NCBI GenBank assembly: GCA_964016885.1
Contig: OZ024740.1
Span: 126,232,001 to 126,296,000, forward strand
Direction of reading: 5' to 3'
Origin: Eledone cirrhosa
Lineage: Eukaryota
Length of the DNA: 64,000 nucleotides
The notes under the pieces: model-generated
Told to the model about the DNA's origin: nothing
What the model saw: only the letters and a program-made list of their open reading frames with translations
The model's database searches: none
Translations under genes and position numbers: made by a program
Part shown: piece by piece, positions 14,400 to 26,362 of the stretch
Position numbering within the stretch: the first letter of the stretch is position 1
How the letters are laid out: every line of letters starts with the position of its first letter

Positions 14400-15450
14400 G
14401 TTTACTATTCAATACAGTTCCTGGAAAGAAACCATGACGTTATTATTAAGAATAGTTGAAATTAATGCATGCAGGATTTCAAAGCTCTAGCATTACTGCT
14501 TCATAGTCACCATATGAATCTTTCATCCAAGCCTCGTACTTGGAAAAATAAGCGACGGCATCCTTCACACACGCACGGGTGCAAATCCCTGGATATAGCA
14601 TCATATTCTGAATCACTGGGTGTTTAAGGTCATTTAAAATACATCCTCACTGACATACTCCTGTCTCCACAATTCGGCTTCCTTAAGCCAAATCCATATG
14701 GATGCCCAACATTTTCCACGGTCATTTTAATAATACTCCAATTTCGGATTTTCGTAATTCCCAGGGATCCACAAGCTTTACTAAGGAGAATAAATGCGAA
14801 CAATCGGCTGGCAATCTTCACTTGAATGTATGCGGCCCTCCACCTGTTCCTGCTTTACTCCGCCACCAACTGATACATTTTGCTCTTTCTTTTCCTTACC
14901 AATGCCCCGTTCTTTGTAGAAAGTCTGTGGATATGTGCCCATTTACTACATATTCTATGATAGATACATCCCGAGGCGCTTTCTGCTTCATTTTACTTCC
15001 CTTTCCTCTTCCATTGCATCGGAGATTACTTTTACTTCAAATCAGATTCATCTCCTTCTAAATATTTAAATTTTCCTGTGGCTAGCTTTAGCAAATTTCC
15101 CTTTTCTTATCTCTCAAACAATTCTTTTAAAATTTACATATCACCTGTCTTAGTTTTAATCTTCTTACGTTTTATTTTTTTCCTATCACCAGCGATACTT
15201 CTGATCTCAAGTATTGGATGTAGCAATTTCAATTTATTGTTGAATCAGAATAAATATAAACCTTCCATTGCAGCTTTAAAATATTTTCAGCCTTAAATAT
15301 CTATTAAGAAAATTACTATCTCCAAGTGTCTCTTACACATTAAATAACTTTCCTTTCCCTTAAGTATTAATGTTTTGCTTGATACATCACAGTATCGATG
15401 CTAATTTTACCTGTTATCTGCATAATAGGGACTCCTCCGCATATAGGATA
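14400..15450 (-). mobile_element. Possible decayed Penelope-like RT fragment
   Basis: The minus strand gives DVSI..NGHISTD, resembling a PLE thumb (LDV..ISTD). It is heavily degraded. Confidence 0.3.
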
Positions 15451-16382
15451 TCGTTAATATCATTGTTGTTTTTATTTTAAATGTAGTGTGTTATAAAAAA
15501 TGAAGGGGATGGGGTGTTGTAAGATTCACTAGATTCAAAAAGACATTTAATTCTAATGCAAACCTAGGTGCCTCTCAAAATGTTGATTGTTTACAAGATA
15601 TTGGTTTTAAAGACATCGATTGATTCCAAAAACAGCAATAGGATAGCATCATAACAATTTTACAGCATATAATCTTCACTACAGACAGAATATTTATATT
15701 ATTTCTATGCGTGAAATACGAGCAAGCTCCCTATGACCTTATTATAAACATGATCTGAAATGATTCTTGGATCCATCGTACAGGTATATAAAGAAGTTTT
15801 CACTTAATTTTGGCTAATTCATTTTTGTAATAAATTACCCTCCACCTTCTTCAAATTAGATAAGATCACAGGTGCTACAAAATCTCAAATCGAAAAAACT
15901 GTACGACTCTCATACTATACTAGTGCTAACAATGAAAACTTCATAGCAAGATTAAACAATATACGCCTCCTCAACCACAGTAATCATATGGAAACCTCAA
16001 CTCGAGGTACTATTCTTAGCCAATATTAAAAATGATAGATTGAAAAACAAACGTGCATACCCATTATAGACCGCTCACACATCTACCATTACCTTTAATA
16101 TCGAAACGAACAGGTTGATGCATAAATAACAACATCTTATATTTGTGCCTAGGGGCATATAATTATGTGGGGTCCAACACATCTAACATTTTAAAGAATT
16201 TATGGTATGCTCACACCCAGTGGCGGACTGGGTCTAAAAATAATGGTTGCCAGGAGATGAAGGAGGCCCACCTACATATAGAATGCTATCATTTAATTTC
16301 GAAACAAACAATTTCGAAAAATACATGTGGAACAAAAAACTGCAAACAAATTTGTGCGGGAAAATATCTTACCTTCTCTAAT

Positions 16383-16818
16383 AACCCTAAATATGAGTAA
16401 ATATGAGCACTAGAAAAGTCATAAACGACACTACATCTTTAAACTTTGATTTTGAAAGTAAGTTTATAATTATTAATTTTCGTCATACTTTTGTATATGT
16501 CACGATGGCCTAGTTGGAGAAATCATAAACGGTGGTGATATTGGTCTTAATTTCGATCCTGGTCGGGAGTAGGGCTCCCAGTAAAAGTGTTTACGTTTGT
16601 TTCTATGGGTTGTAAAATAAAAACTAAAAAGTTGATTGACCAGGATTAAACCCAAGTGCAGCATCTTCACTGTCTCTAGTTCTTACCGCTAGGCAACAGA
16701 GACAACTACGAAAATCTTATGAAAATTGATACATATAGACCTACTTTCAAAATTTTCAAAACAAAATGATGTGGTGTCGTTTATGTCTATCTTAATGTTG
16801 TTGCTCCTACTTAAGGTC
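16383..16818. mobile_element. Decayed MITE-like fold-back element
   Basis: Long imperfect inverted arms (cataaacgacactacatc..ttttgaaagtaag versus cctactttcaaaa..gatgtggtgtcgtttatg). Confidence 0.55.
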
Positions 16819-17078
16819 GACTTCTAAATCATTTGGGTGTTCCATAAACTACATCCTCGTTTTGTTTCTCATCTATCTAGACTACATTTAAACTGTAATC
16901 TATGTTTTATTTCTGTTGCAACTCATTTCTCCCCCTCCTCTCTCTCTTTCTCTCCCATATTCGCTTTGTGATATTTGAATCTACTATGATTTGGGTTTAC
17001 CTTATTCTTATATATATATATTTGCACCTCAGATATATTCAAACTTACAATGATTGGAATTATATATATATATATATA

Positions 17079-17869
17079 AAATACGTATTTAAGAAAGCCA
17101 CAACAATGCAGAGGGAAATCTCGAGGTAGGAAGTGAAAGATAGATAGGAAAAACAGGTGAAAGTGAAAATTGAGAGAGACAAAGATGAAAACAAAACAAA
17201 GGTAGAAGGGTTACCGTAGTAGAGATTTAATCCCAATATTTCGGGCTCACGCCCATCAACGGGGGAAAGTTCCAAAAGGGGGGGAACAGGCCAAGCGGAG
17301 AAAGTTGTGATGTCGTTAAGACAGGAATGCCGTTATGGGGAGAAAATTATTTAAAATTTAAACGAGGGAAAGGATGCGCGTGTGCGTGATAGGCTGTGGC
17401 AAAAGCTACTGACCAAATGGGTTAAATCAAGAGGGTGCGCTAGCGTGTGAAAGCCATAAGATATGTGTGTGTAAATATATATGTGTGTGTAACTGTGTGT
17501 GTATAAGTGTAAGTGTGTATATGTGTGAGTGTGTGTGTGTGTGAAAGATAGTGGGCTGTAGAAGCTGGAAATCAAAGGGTGTGAAAGGTGGTAGGTTGTA
17601 AAACATGTGTGCGTGTATAAATATAGATGTGTGTGTGTAAGCGTATGGGTATACATGTGTGTGTAACTGTGTGTGTATATGTGTGAGTGCGTTTGTGTGT
17701 GAAAGATAGTGGGCTGTAGAAGCTGGAAATCAAAGGGTGTGAAGGGTGGTAGGTTGTAAAAACATGTGTGCGTGTATAAATATAGATGTGTGTGTGTATG
17801 CGTATGGGTATGCATATACGTGCGTGTGTGTGAAGATAGCAGGCCGTAGGCTGTGAATGGTCACTATGG

Positions 17870-17875
<6 letters not shown>
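17079..17875 (-). mobile_element. PLE pseudo-LTR/3' remnant in (TA)n with internal tandem duplication and (TG) repeats
   Basis: Flanked by (TA)n on both sides. Carries a variant minimal HHR, and a ~160-bp unit is duplicated (17521-17840). Confidence 0.5.
17231..17266 (-). ncRNA. Variant/degenerate minimal hammerhead ribozyme
   Basis: Minus strand: tccc CCGTTGA t gggc GTGA gccc GAAA ta TT ggga. Stems I and II pair, but the core differs from CTGATGA at 2 positions. Confidence 0.45.
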
Positions 17876-17920
<45 letters not shown>

Positions 17921-18019
17921 CCAATCATTGTAAGTTTGAATATATCTGAGGTGCAAATATATATATATATCTGAGCTTAGCCGTCGGGGTCCTACTCGTT
18001 CCTATATATATATAAATAT

Positions 18020-18213
18020 ATAGGAACGAGTAGAACCCCGACGGCTGAGCTCAAGCCGTTTCGATGGGTAATTCTGAGTCCAGAATTAGCCGTCGAAACG
18101 GCTTGAGCTCAGCCGTCGGGGTCCTACTCGTTCCTATTACCCACTCTACTACACTAAGTATTGAGTACTTTGGTGCGTTATGGTCCACCTGGTTCCTTAC
18201 CACATTTCTTCCG

Positions 18214-18225
<12 letters not shown>
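18020..18225. repeat. Palindromic PLE-derived insert centred on HHR stem II (family A, copy 1)
   Basis: Axis at loop ctg-agtc-cag (18074-18083). The right arm reads GAAA cggct tgagctc agcc GTC gggg. The left arm is the inverted copy and ends in (TA)n. Confidence 0.85.
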
Positions 18226-18247
<22 letters not shown>

Positions 18248-18248
<1 letters not shown>

Positions 18249-18510
18249 TATTGAAGTTTCCGTTGAAAATTGAAAAAGTCATAGGAGTGAAGAGTGCTCT
18301 ATGTGAGTACCAGAACTAAATATAATGTATAGTATACAATATAATTACCTCATTACCAGAGGTTTCCAAATAAGACGAATACGAAAAACGTCCTCATTCG
18401 TTCATCGGACAAGGTAATTGCTTTGTCAGATGAACGAATGAGGACGTTTTTCGTATTCGTCTTATTCGGGAAACCTCTGGTAATGAGGTAATTATATTGT
18501 ATTGTTTACT

Positions 18511-18520
<10 letters not shown>
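18248..18520. repeat. Palindromic PLE-derived insert with a whole HHR-like motif in each arm
   Basis: Arms ~18327-18517, axis ~18417. Right arm: CAGATGA a cgaatgaggacg..cgtcttattcg g GAAA cctc tggtaat gag GTA. The left arm gives CCGATGA on the minus strand. TA-flanked. Confidence 0.8.
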
Positions 18521-19105
<585 letters not shown>

Positions 19106-19155
19106 ATTAAGTCAAATAGGTAAAAATCGGCTTCCTTTATTATAAATTATAGATA

Positions 19156-19212
19156 TACTGCTATATATATTTCAGTGACAGCCATCATTGGCTGTGACGT
19201 CTTCAGGCAGTA
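19156..19212 (-). ncRNA. Complete minimal type I hammerhead ribozyme
   Basis: Minus strand: tactgc CTGAAGA cgtcacagcca atga tggctgtcac t GAAA tatata TA gcagta. It has a 6-bp stem I, a canonical core and a palindromic stem III. It lies at the 3' end of a probable PLE remnant (~19100-19620) next to (TA)n. Confidence 0.85.
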
Positions 19213-20031
19213 CGAATAGGTGTGGTAGAGACAGGTACACATGATGTTTAAGTGTGTTTTACTCCGTCAATACTCCGATATTTCCAGCTCCTGGTTGCGG
19301 TGTTTTTTTTCTGAGGAATTGAAATCATATGAATTAGAACAAATGAATTCCGGCGTCATAGGACACTCTCTCATCCCATTAGTCAGTCGTGAGCACATTC
19401 CTCCGTCAAAGGTCTATAGAAATTTTTTCTAAGGCAAGACAATCTGTTGTAGTTGTCTTTGTTTAAGTACAGCTGACCTCCTCCATTGTGTTGGTAGTCG
19501 TAGTGGTATTAAGGGGTCAGCTGGCAGGCCAGCTTTGGTGTGCTGCTGCTATGTTCAGAAGAATTTTTGTGTGGAGGTTGGCATGTATCCTGCCACCATT
19601 TCACGTGGTAGGGGTGCCAAACAAATATAAAAATAAAATACGTGTGTGTTATAACCAATAACCAAATTTGAAAGATTTGGAAAGTATTAACTGTGTGTCA
19701 GAATGGAGAAATGTAAAGAATTACAATTCTTACACTATCATGTGGTGCGTTTTAAAAGCAAATGAGACAGAAGTGGAGTGTAAAACATCAAAACCTGAGT
19801 GTGAAAATCCGGAAATGCAAAGGACTACAGTTCCGATTTCGGCATAAAGTACATATGCGTGTATGTCAACACACATCGTTGCGAGCACACACGCACAAAC
19901 ACAGGCTCAGGTGCATCCCATAAGTATATATATACACACACATATATATACACACACATATATATACACACACACATTATACACACACAAACACACACAT
20001 ATACACACATACACACATATATATATACGTG

Positions 20032-20118
<87 letters not shown>

Positions 20119-20120
<2 letters not shown>

Positions 20121-20312
20121 CGAAGGAAATGTGGTATGGAACCAGGTGGACCATAACGCACCAAAGTACTCAATACTTAGGATAGTAGAATGGGTAATAG
20201 GAACGAGTAAGACCCCGACGGCTGAGCTCAAGCCGTTTCAACGGCTAATTCAGTCCAGAATTAGCCGTCGAAACGGCTTGAGCTCAGCCGTCGGGGTCTT
20301 ACACGTTCCTAT
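20119..20312. repeat. Palindromic PLE-derived insert centred on HHR stem II (family A, copy 2)
   Basis: Same sequence family as 18020-18225. Axis at agtcca (20252-20257). Here the inverted left arm is the long one. TA-flanked. Confidence 0.85.
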
Positions 20313-20399
20313 ATATATATATATACACACACACACATACATGCAAGTATCTATGTATGTATAATTTTAAACAACAGTATCTATGTATGGACATATGTA

Positions 20400-21686
20400 T
20401 AAGTATGTGTTGCCATAGGAGTCGACGAGGCAGGAGTAGGGGGTGGTTTACCGTGGCCGGGCTACTGTCCCTATAGCTTGACGGAAGTTCCCATCCCAAT
20501 GTTTCGTTATTGTCCATATAGATTGAGGAAGGTCCCGGCCCTGAGGTGTCTACATGTACCGAAAAAGTCAGTCCTGATGTGTATTAGGCTGCTTCCACCA
20601 CTGGAAGGGTCTCCCTCAGACATAGTTTGCAGATGCCAGATCCCCCTCTATCAGGTGGTACTTTCCTGATTTTGGACCAGGCCAGAGAGTACGGGGTCCT
20701 GTTCAGCTTGAGCCTCCATATCAGTTCGGAAAGAGCCGTACTTTTCCTTTTGTCCTCACTATTAAAGGAATGGCGATGGCTATACCATCAGTCGTTGAAG
20801 CTCGTTGATGTGGCTCCGATGTAAAGGAGTTCAGTGTAGGGGGTTTTTACTCAACATCCGTATAAAGTTCTTCTTTAGGTATTCATTACTAAGGGGGCAT
20901 AATGTGGGGGTTCAGGAGGTGGTCGACCCCCGAGTGCCTAATGTGGGGTCCCCGTTGCGTATGATAGGGTGGCCCTCTTCCAGGCTCGGTGGGGGATAAA
21001 TGGGTGTGTTTGGGTTCACAGGGTGGGTACTGGATCCACCCTTCCTTCCCTCCACATGACTCTGCTGGGTGCTTATATTGCCAGCTTCTGGTTGTGTGTA
21101 GTTTTTAAGTCTACCCCTATTGATGCTAGCTATGTGCTGGGCTACATTTATCGTGGTAGAATACGAGAGCTTCACAGTGTGTCTGTTGAAGATCTTGTGG
21201 AATATATGGTCCCTCGGGAAGCATTTATCTAGTGCTCTAAAGAATGACCGGGCCAGGCTGTACTTTAGGGCCACTCAGTAGGCTGGGTTGTACCACGTGA
21301 TTTTTCTACCTCTATTCCTATGTGGGTGGGTTGAGCGTGCTGTGGGCTTTTGAAGAGTTGTTGGGTTGATAGTGGTTCCCATATTGTTGCTTCCCCTTTG
21401 GGCATTATGTGTTTTGCTAGCTTCCCGGTCCGTACCTGTGCTGTGGCTGTTGCCCACGCTGGGAGTTCTGCAATGGGATGATCCTCCATCCGTCTCGCTT
21501 CGTGCCTTGCGGCTGGGGGCGTCGGGACCGGGGTGGTTAATATCACCCCTGGGACTGCTACTCGTACTGGCTTTCTTCCCATGGTTAGGAGTACGCGTCC
21601 CTTTCGCTAATGTGGTGGTGTCGGGTTCATGGTGTTTAGTGGTTTCCATTCTGCCTGTACTGTTAGGGTCCCGGCTCCCGGGTATA

Positions 21687-21690
<4 letters not shown>
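20400..21690 (-). mobile_element. Penelope-like element fragment (linker plus GIY-YIG region, Naiad-like), degenerate
   Basis: RKITWYNPAY*..FFRALDKCFPRDHIFHKIFNRHTVKLSYSTT, CPL, YIGAT, SHRHSF, STALSELIW, CKLCLRE, FFGTCRH. Homologous to the 26369-27766 ORF. Confidence 0.85.
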
Positions 21691-21732
<42 letters not shown>

Positions 21733-22002
21733 AATAGTAAACGAAAAATCAGTGATGCATCTCAACTCAATTTATTGTGTGTTACAATTGTGTCGCCGGC
21801 GGACAGCTCGAGACGCGATCATTGTGTGGATCTGTCTAATTCTGGACCCGCAGTTTCGACGGACACGTCTAATGTCCGGAGCATATTCTCTCACACACGT
21901 TTTCTATTCTATCATAGTCTGCTCTGTAAGAGCATAGAGTGCTCAACCGTTATACTGCCTCTGGAAGCATCTTAGCTACCATAAGACACATATATATATA
22001 TA

Positions 22003-22248
22003 CAGTGGTGGACTTGGTCTAAAAATACTAGTTGCCAGATGAAGGGGGCCCACCTACATATAGAATGCTATCATTTAATTTTTATAATGAATAAAGAACA
22101 TTTTCAACAAATATATAAGTGGAAACAAAACAGTGCAATCACATTTTTGAGGAACACTATCTTACCTTCTCCCCGCCAAAATATTATGTATTTTGTGAAA
22201 TCCAGTGATTTCAATAATGACTATTGGTCTTTCATACTCATTCACTCA
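22003..22248 (+). mobile_element. Second left end of the same hAT-like family, running into the gap
   Basis: cagtggtggacttggtctaaaaa..ggcccacctacatatagaatgctatcatttaattt matches 16218-16300, with further similarity to ~16380. Confidence 0.7.
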
Positions 22249-22448
22249 NNNNNNNNNNNNNNNNNNNNNNNNNNNNNNNNNNNNNNNNNNNNNNNNNNNN
22301 NNNNNNNNNNNNNNNNNNNNNNNNNNNNNNNNNNNNNNNNNNNNNNNNNNNNNNNNNNNNNNNNNNNNNNNNNNNNNNNNNNNNNNNNNNNNNNNNNNNN
22401 NNNNNNNNNNNNNNNNNNNNNNNNNNNNNNNNNNNNNNNNNNNNNNNN
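22249..22448. other. Assembly gap (200 N)
   Basis: Run of n. Confidence 1.
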
Positions 22449-25400
22449 CACTAGGGCATCAAAAGTGGGACAAGTACAAAGGGGGGGAGTTTACACAAAA
22501 AGGCGTCCTCAATAAGGAGGAGGCAATAACAAAATATAAAAATAAAATAAGATATAACAAAAAATAAAATTTATAACAAAATCCTCAATAGAGAGGAGGC
22601 GCCTTGGGGGGGTCGCACACACCCCCGAAAAAAGTGTGCAACCCTTCTCCTCAGGAGCACAGAGAAGGGGTGCTCCCTTGGTCTTTCATCTTCCTCACCT
22701 ATAGTCTGATGTAGAGTGAAGGCCCATTCACACGGGCCATTCTCGCCACCTTCACCCATCTTTCATAGAAACGGCTGGGGTGCAGCACCTCTCTCTCCAT
22801 CCTGATCCTTCTTCCGAAATGATATCGGAAGAAACGGACCAGTTGTTGGCCAGAGAGAAAGGTGCCTGACCTCAGTCCTTTCAGACGCGTCCACCATACA
22901 ACCTCTTTGGCCATGGCTATTACGCACAGAAACACCGCCTCTGCTTCATCTTTGAAGGGGGGAGGCGGCTTGATCATTACAATAGACTCGGTGGTCAACC
23001 GGATCGGTCCCACCCTTGACAGCAGTTGTTCGACATAGCCCCACAGATCGGCTACGCCCGAGCAGTGTACCAATGCGTGTGCAACGGTTTCCTCGTCGCA
23101 CACGCATCTGGGACAGATCTTTTTGGCGGGGTCCCTACCCGGGCGCCCGTGTCTGTAGAGCCTTTCTCGAACGGGTAAAGCCCCTCGGTAGCACTGCCAG
23201 GCCAGGGACTTCTGGAAGTTGTCCATAGGTCCCGGGCTGAATGTCCTACCGAACAGGCTGGCCAGTTCGTCCTCCTCCATGTCTAGGGCTTCTCCGAGGG
23301 CGTCGTCGCACCTGCTGCGTACCAGCCCTCTATAGAATGTTGCGGTGGAGTCTCCACTGATAACCGGATCCGCCTGCCAGAGGGCGGTGAGCGCCTGGGC
23401 ACACTCAGTGTGCCAGGCGCCCAGTTTTCTCGGTCTTTGCTTGACCCAGGATTGCAGCTCGGTGAGTGAGACGAGTCTGGGAAAGGTTCGTCTCACAAAC
23501 GAGGCCCACACCGGTTGTCCGGTGAGGAATACGTAGAGGTGCCGTAGCCTTAATGCGTGTTTACGCATCATTAGCCACGGCATCCCCAGCCCTCCTTTCG
23601 AAGGGTGTTGACAGCAGATGGATCTCCTCACCATAGGAGCCCGCCTCTTCCAAAGGAATTGGAAGAGCGCGCGCTCCATCTTGGTGAGGGTTTCCCTTGG
23701 GCAGGGCACTACGGTCAGGCGGTAGTAGATGACGGACGCTATGTAGGTGTTCGCCACCTCCGCCCGACCTTTCAGGGATAGTTTGCAACTGGCCCACTTC
23801 TGGGTCAGTGCAAACACCCTGTTTGTAACCTCCGCCCAGTTTTTCTCCACCTGGAGGTCCGGTCCGAACCAGACCCCGAGCAACTTCACCGGGCCCTCCG
23901 TCCAGCGTCCGACGACGCCATCGGAGGGCATCGGTCTGCCCCTCCACGTGCCGAGTTGCAAACCGATCGACTTGTCCCGGTTCAGCTTAGACCCTGTGAA
24001 CTTTTCGTACTCCTCCAGTAAGGTGCCGACCGCCTCGATTTCGGAGGCCGTCGACACAATTACTGTCACGTCATCGGCGTAGGCCGACACCGCTTTCCGC
24101 AATCCCGGTTCCAAAGGGATGCCCTGCAACAACTCCAACTTCCGCAGTAGTGGCTCGAGAGTCAACACATACAGAAGGGAGGAGAGAGGGCACCCTTGTC
24201 GGATGGACCGCGATATTTTGAACGGCTCCGAGAGGTAGCCGTTCACCTTGACCCTAGAGCAGATGCGGCTGCTGTGCATAGCAGTGATCCAGCCCCTGAA
24301 AACGGGTCCGAAGCCTGCCGCCGCTAGCACCGCATCCAGGTAACCATGGTCGACCCTATCGAACGCCTTAGATTGATCCAAGTTGATCAGAGCCCCACCA
24401 AAGCCGGGTTCGTTCCCAACCCTCTCTATGATGTATCGCATGAGGTGGAGGTTGTCATGGATGGACCTGGACGGGATAGCGCATGTCTGCGCATCTCCCA
24501 CCAGGTTGCCCACGACAAGCGCCAACCTCTTTGCTAGCACCTTGGCCAAAATCTGTAACTCTGTATTTAGCAGAGTTATGGGCCTGAAGTTACTTATTTC
24601 GTCCCCCTTGTTCTCGTCCTTCCTCACTAGCGTGACTACGCCCTTGGTCACAGTACAGGGAATTCTCCCGTTCTGTTGCCAGTTGCAGTAGACCGCCTCG
24701 AGGAGATCGGGGAACAAGTCCGGCATAGCTAGATATAATTCGTAAGGAAGACCATCGAGACCCGGGGATTTGCGTTTGCCGCATTGGCTCAGCACGTCCT
24801 CTATCTCAGCGGCCGAAATCGGCTCCTCGCAGGACTTCGCCTCCCTGTCCGAGAGGCGCGGCAGGCCGTCGAGGTATGGACCGAAGTCCACGTTCCCAAC
24901 TGGCTCCCCGCCCCTCCCGAACAGTCGGGCAAAGTGCCTTTGAAAGGCCTCACACATCTGCTTAGGCTCAAGAATCGCCCGTCCATCCAGGTCTCGCAAA
25001 GACCGGATGGTGGATTTAGTTCCACTGTTGGGCTCTGTCACGCGGGCCCAGCTAACAGCTTTGGTCCCCTCGTTCCCTAGAGCACGTATTTTACTTCGGA
25101 CAACGCAGCCTTCGTGCTTCGCGTCGAAAAACTGGCTCAAAGCCGTTCTCGACGTTAGCACTCTGGCCAAGTCGCCACTTCTAATTGCCTCTTCTACTCT
25201 ATCTATTAGCTCCCTTTCCTTCCTATTCCTATCCGCAGCTAGAACCTTACTAAATTCTATCGAGACTACTTTAATCTCTCTCTTTAGAGATACCCACCAC
25301 CTGCTGTTGACGATCGCTCCAGTCAACCGTTCCTTAACTAACGTACTAATCCGATTCCTGTAGGCTCTACTTGCCGGCAAGGACAAGTTGAGCTTCCAGT

Positions 25401-25698
25401 AACCGGGGCCCTGTCTATGAGTTCTGTCAAGGTTGACCATGCAGGTCACTAATTTGTGGTCTGAATAGCCAACCATGCGCATTTTTGGACAACTTAAAAA
25501 GTCCTTATCCTTAATTCTAACTAAGAACCTATCTAGGTACGACCTAGACGATCCGCTACGATTTGCCCAAGTCCAGGTTGGCGCAGTCAGAAAATCTAGT
25601 CGATATCTATCGGCCAGGTCAAATCGACCGATTAACCCTTTGAGGATATTACACCCCTCTCTATCGGGGCAGGCCCCTACGTAGTCCCAGCGTGCAAG
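22449..25698 (-). mobile_element. 5'-truncated Tx1/L1-clade LINE, young copy
   Basis: Related to 8230-11440. Truncated inside the endonuclease at ~25698, next to an (AGAT)-like repeat. The 3' UTR runs into the gap. Confidence 0.92.
22699..25698 (-). CDS. Tx1-like ORF2 (partial APE endonuclease, complete RT, C-terminal CxxC..HxxxxC); open frame lacking its true start
   Basis: About 1000 uninterrupted codons: SRSYLDRF, YSDHK, KSPGLDG, NFRPITLLN, LDQSKAFDRV, RQGCPLS, YADD, GGLGMP, CPRCVCDEETVAHALVHC. Confidence 0.85.
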   Translation of the reverse strand, partial: LARWDYVGACPDREGCNILKGLIGRFDLADRYRLDFLTAPTWTWANRSGSSRSYLDRFLVRIKDKDFLSCPKMRMVGYSDHKLVTCMVNLDRTHRQGPGYWKLNLSLPASRAYRNRISTLVKERLTGAIVNSRWWVSLKREIKVVSIEFSKVLAADRNRKERELIDRVEEAIRSGDLARVLTSRTALSQFFDAKHEGCVVRSKIRALGNEGTKAVSWARVTEPNSGTKSTIRSLRDLDGRAILEPKQMCEAFQRHFARLFGRGGEPVGNVDFGPYLDGLPRLSDREAKSCEEPISAAEIEDVLSQCGKRKSPGLDGLPYELYLAMPDLFPDLLEAVYCNWQQNGRIPCTVTKGVVTLVRKDENKGDEISNFRPITLLNTELQILAKVLAKRLALVVGNLVGDAQTCAIPSRSIHDNLHLMRYIIERVGNEPGFGGALINLDQSKAFDRVDHGYLDAVLAAAGFGPVFRGWITAMHSSRICSRVKVNGYLSEPFKISRSIRQGCPLSSLLYVLTLEPLLRKLELLQGIPLEPGLRKAVSAYADDVTVIVSTASEIEAVGTLLEEYEKFTGSKLNRDKSIGLQLGTWRGRPMPSDGVVGRWTEGPVKLLGVWFGPDLQVEKNWAEVTNRVFALTQKWASCKLSLKGRAEVANTYIASVIYYRLTVVPCPRETLTKMERALFQFLWKRRAPMVRRSICCQHPSKGGLGMPWLMMRKHALRLRHLYVFLTGQPVWASFVRRTFPRLVSLTELQSWVKQRPRKLGAWHTECAQALTALWQADPVISGDSTATFYRGLVRSRCDDALGEALDMEEDELASLFGRTFSPGPMDNFQKSLAWQCYRGALPVRERLYRHGRPGRDPAKKICPRCVCDEETVAHALVHCSGVADLWGYVEQLLSRVGPIRLTTESIVMIKPPPPFKDEAEAVFLCVIAMAKEVVWWTRLKGLRSGTFLSGQQLVRFFRYHFGRRIRMEREVLHPSRFYERWVKVARMARVNGPSLYIRL

Positions 25699-25802
25699 AT
25701 AGATAGATATATACACCACCTTCACACTAATTGAATTGACAGATGTTTTAACTCATTGATACCAAATATTATTTGGTCAGTAGTTTGTGTGTAAGTATAT
25801 AA

Positions 25803-25962
<160 letters not shown>

Positions 25963-26145
25963 TTAGTTATACTATTTATGGTTATGTAAATACAAAACCT
26001 TAAGCAGTTGTAAGTATTTTACACACACCCTATTTACACATACCTTATTACCAGTAAGTTAAGTAGCTCAATGTAAAAACATCAGATGATTTACAGAGCA
26101 GTTATATGAAATATAAGAATCAAAGAACTGCTCAAAACATTATTG

Positions 26146-26192
26146 TGCTTACAGCTGTTTCCTCCAAACCGAGGTTTGCATTCTTCGGAGCA
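26146..26192 (-). ncRNA. Minimal hammerhead ribozyme (CCGAAGA variant), inverted pLTR copy
   Basis: Exact reverse complement of 29187-29233. Confidence 0.75.
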
Positions 26193-26362
26193 ATTTATTA
26201 ATGCATGGACAGTTATATGACCTCCTTTTCAGCCGAGAGACATACCAATACATATTCAAACATTGATACATATTCAAACATTGTGGGTCAACATTCATTA
26301 CAGAATTTAGAGTGGCAGTACACACTTCGAGATTACATTTATATTAATAGGTACAATCAAAC

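Noticed and set aside
20900-21290. In-frame TGA codons in the Naiad-like fragment (NPAY*V, TTS*TPTLCPL) as possible selenocysteines
   Set aside because: Some Naiads are reported to encode selenoproteins, but this copy also has frameshifts and a TGA at a conserved Arg (CGA>TGA decay). I see no supportable SECIS, so ordinary mutation suffices.
25699-25725. Start codon of the 1008-aa ORF
   Set aside because: It lies outside the element in flanking repeat sequence, and the element is 5'-truncated.
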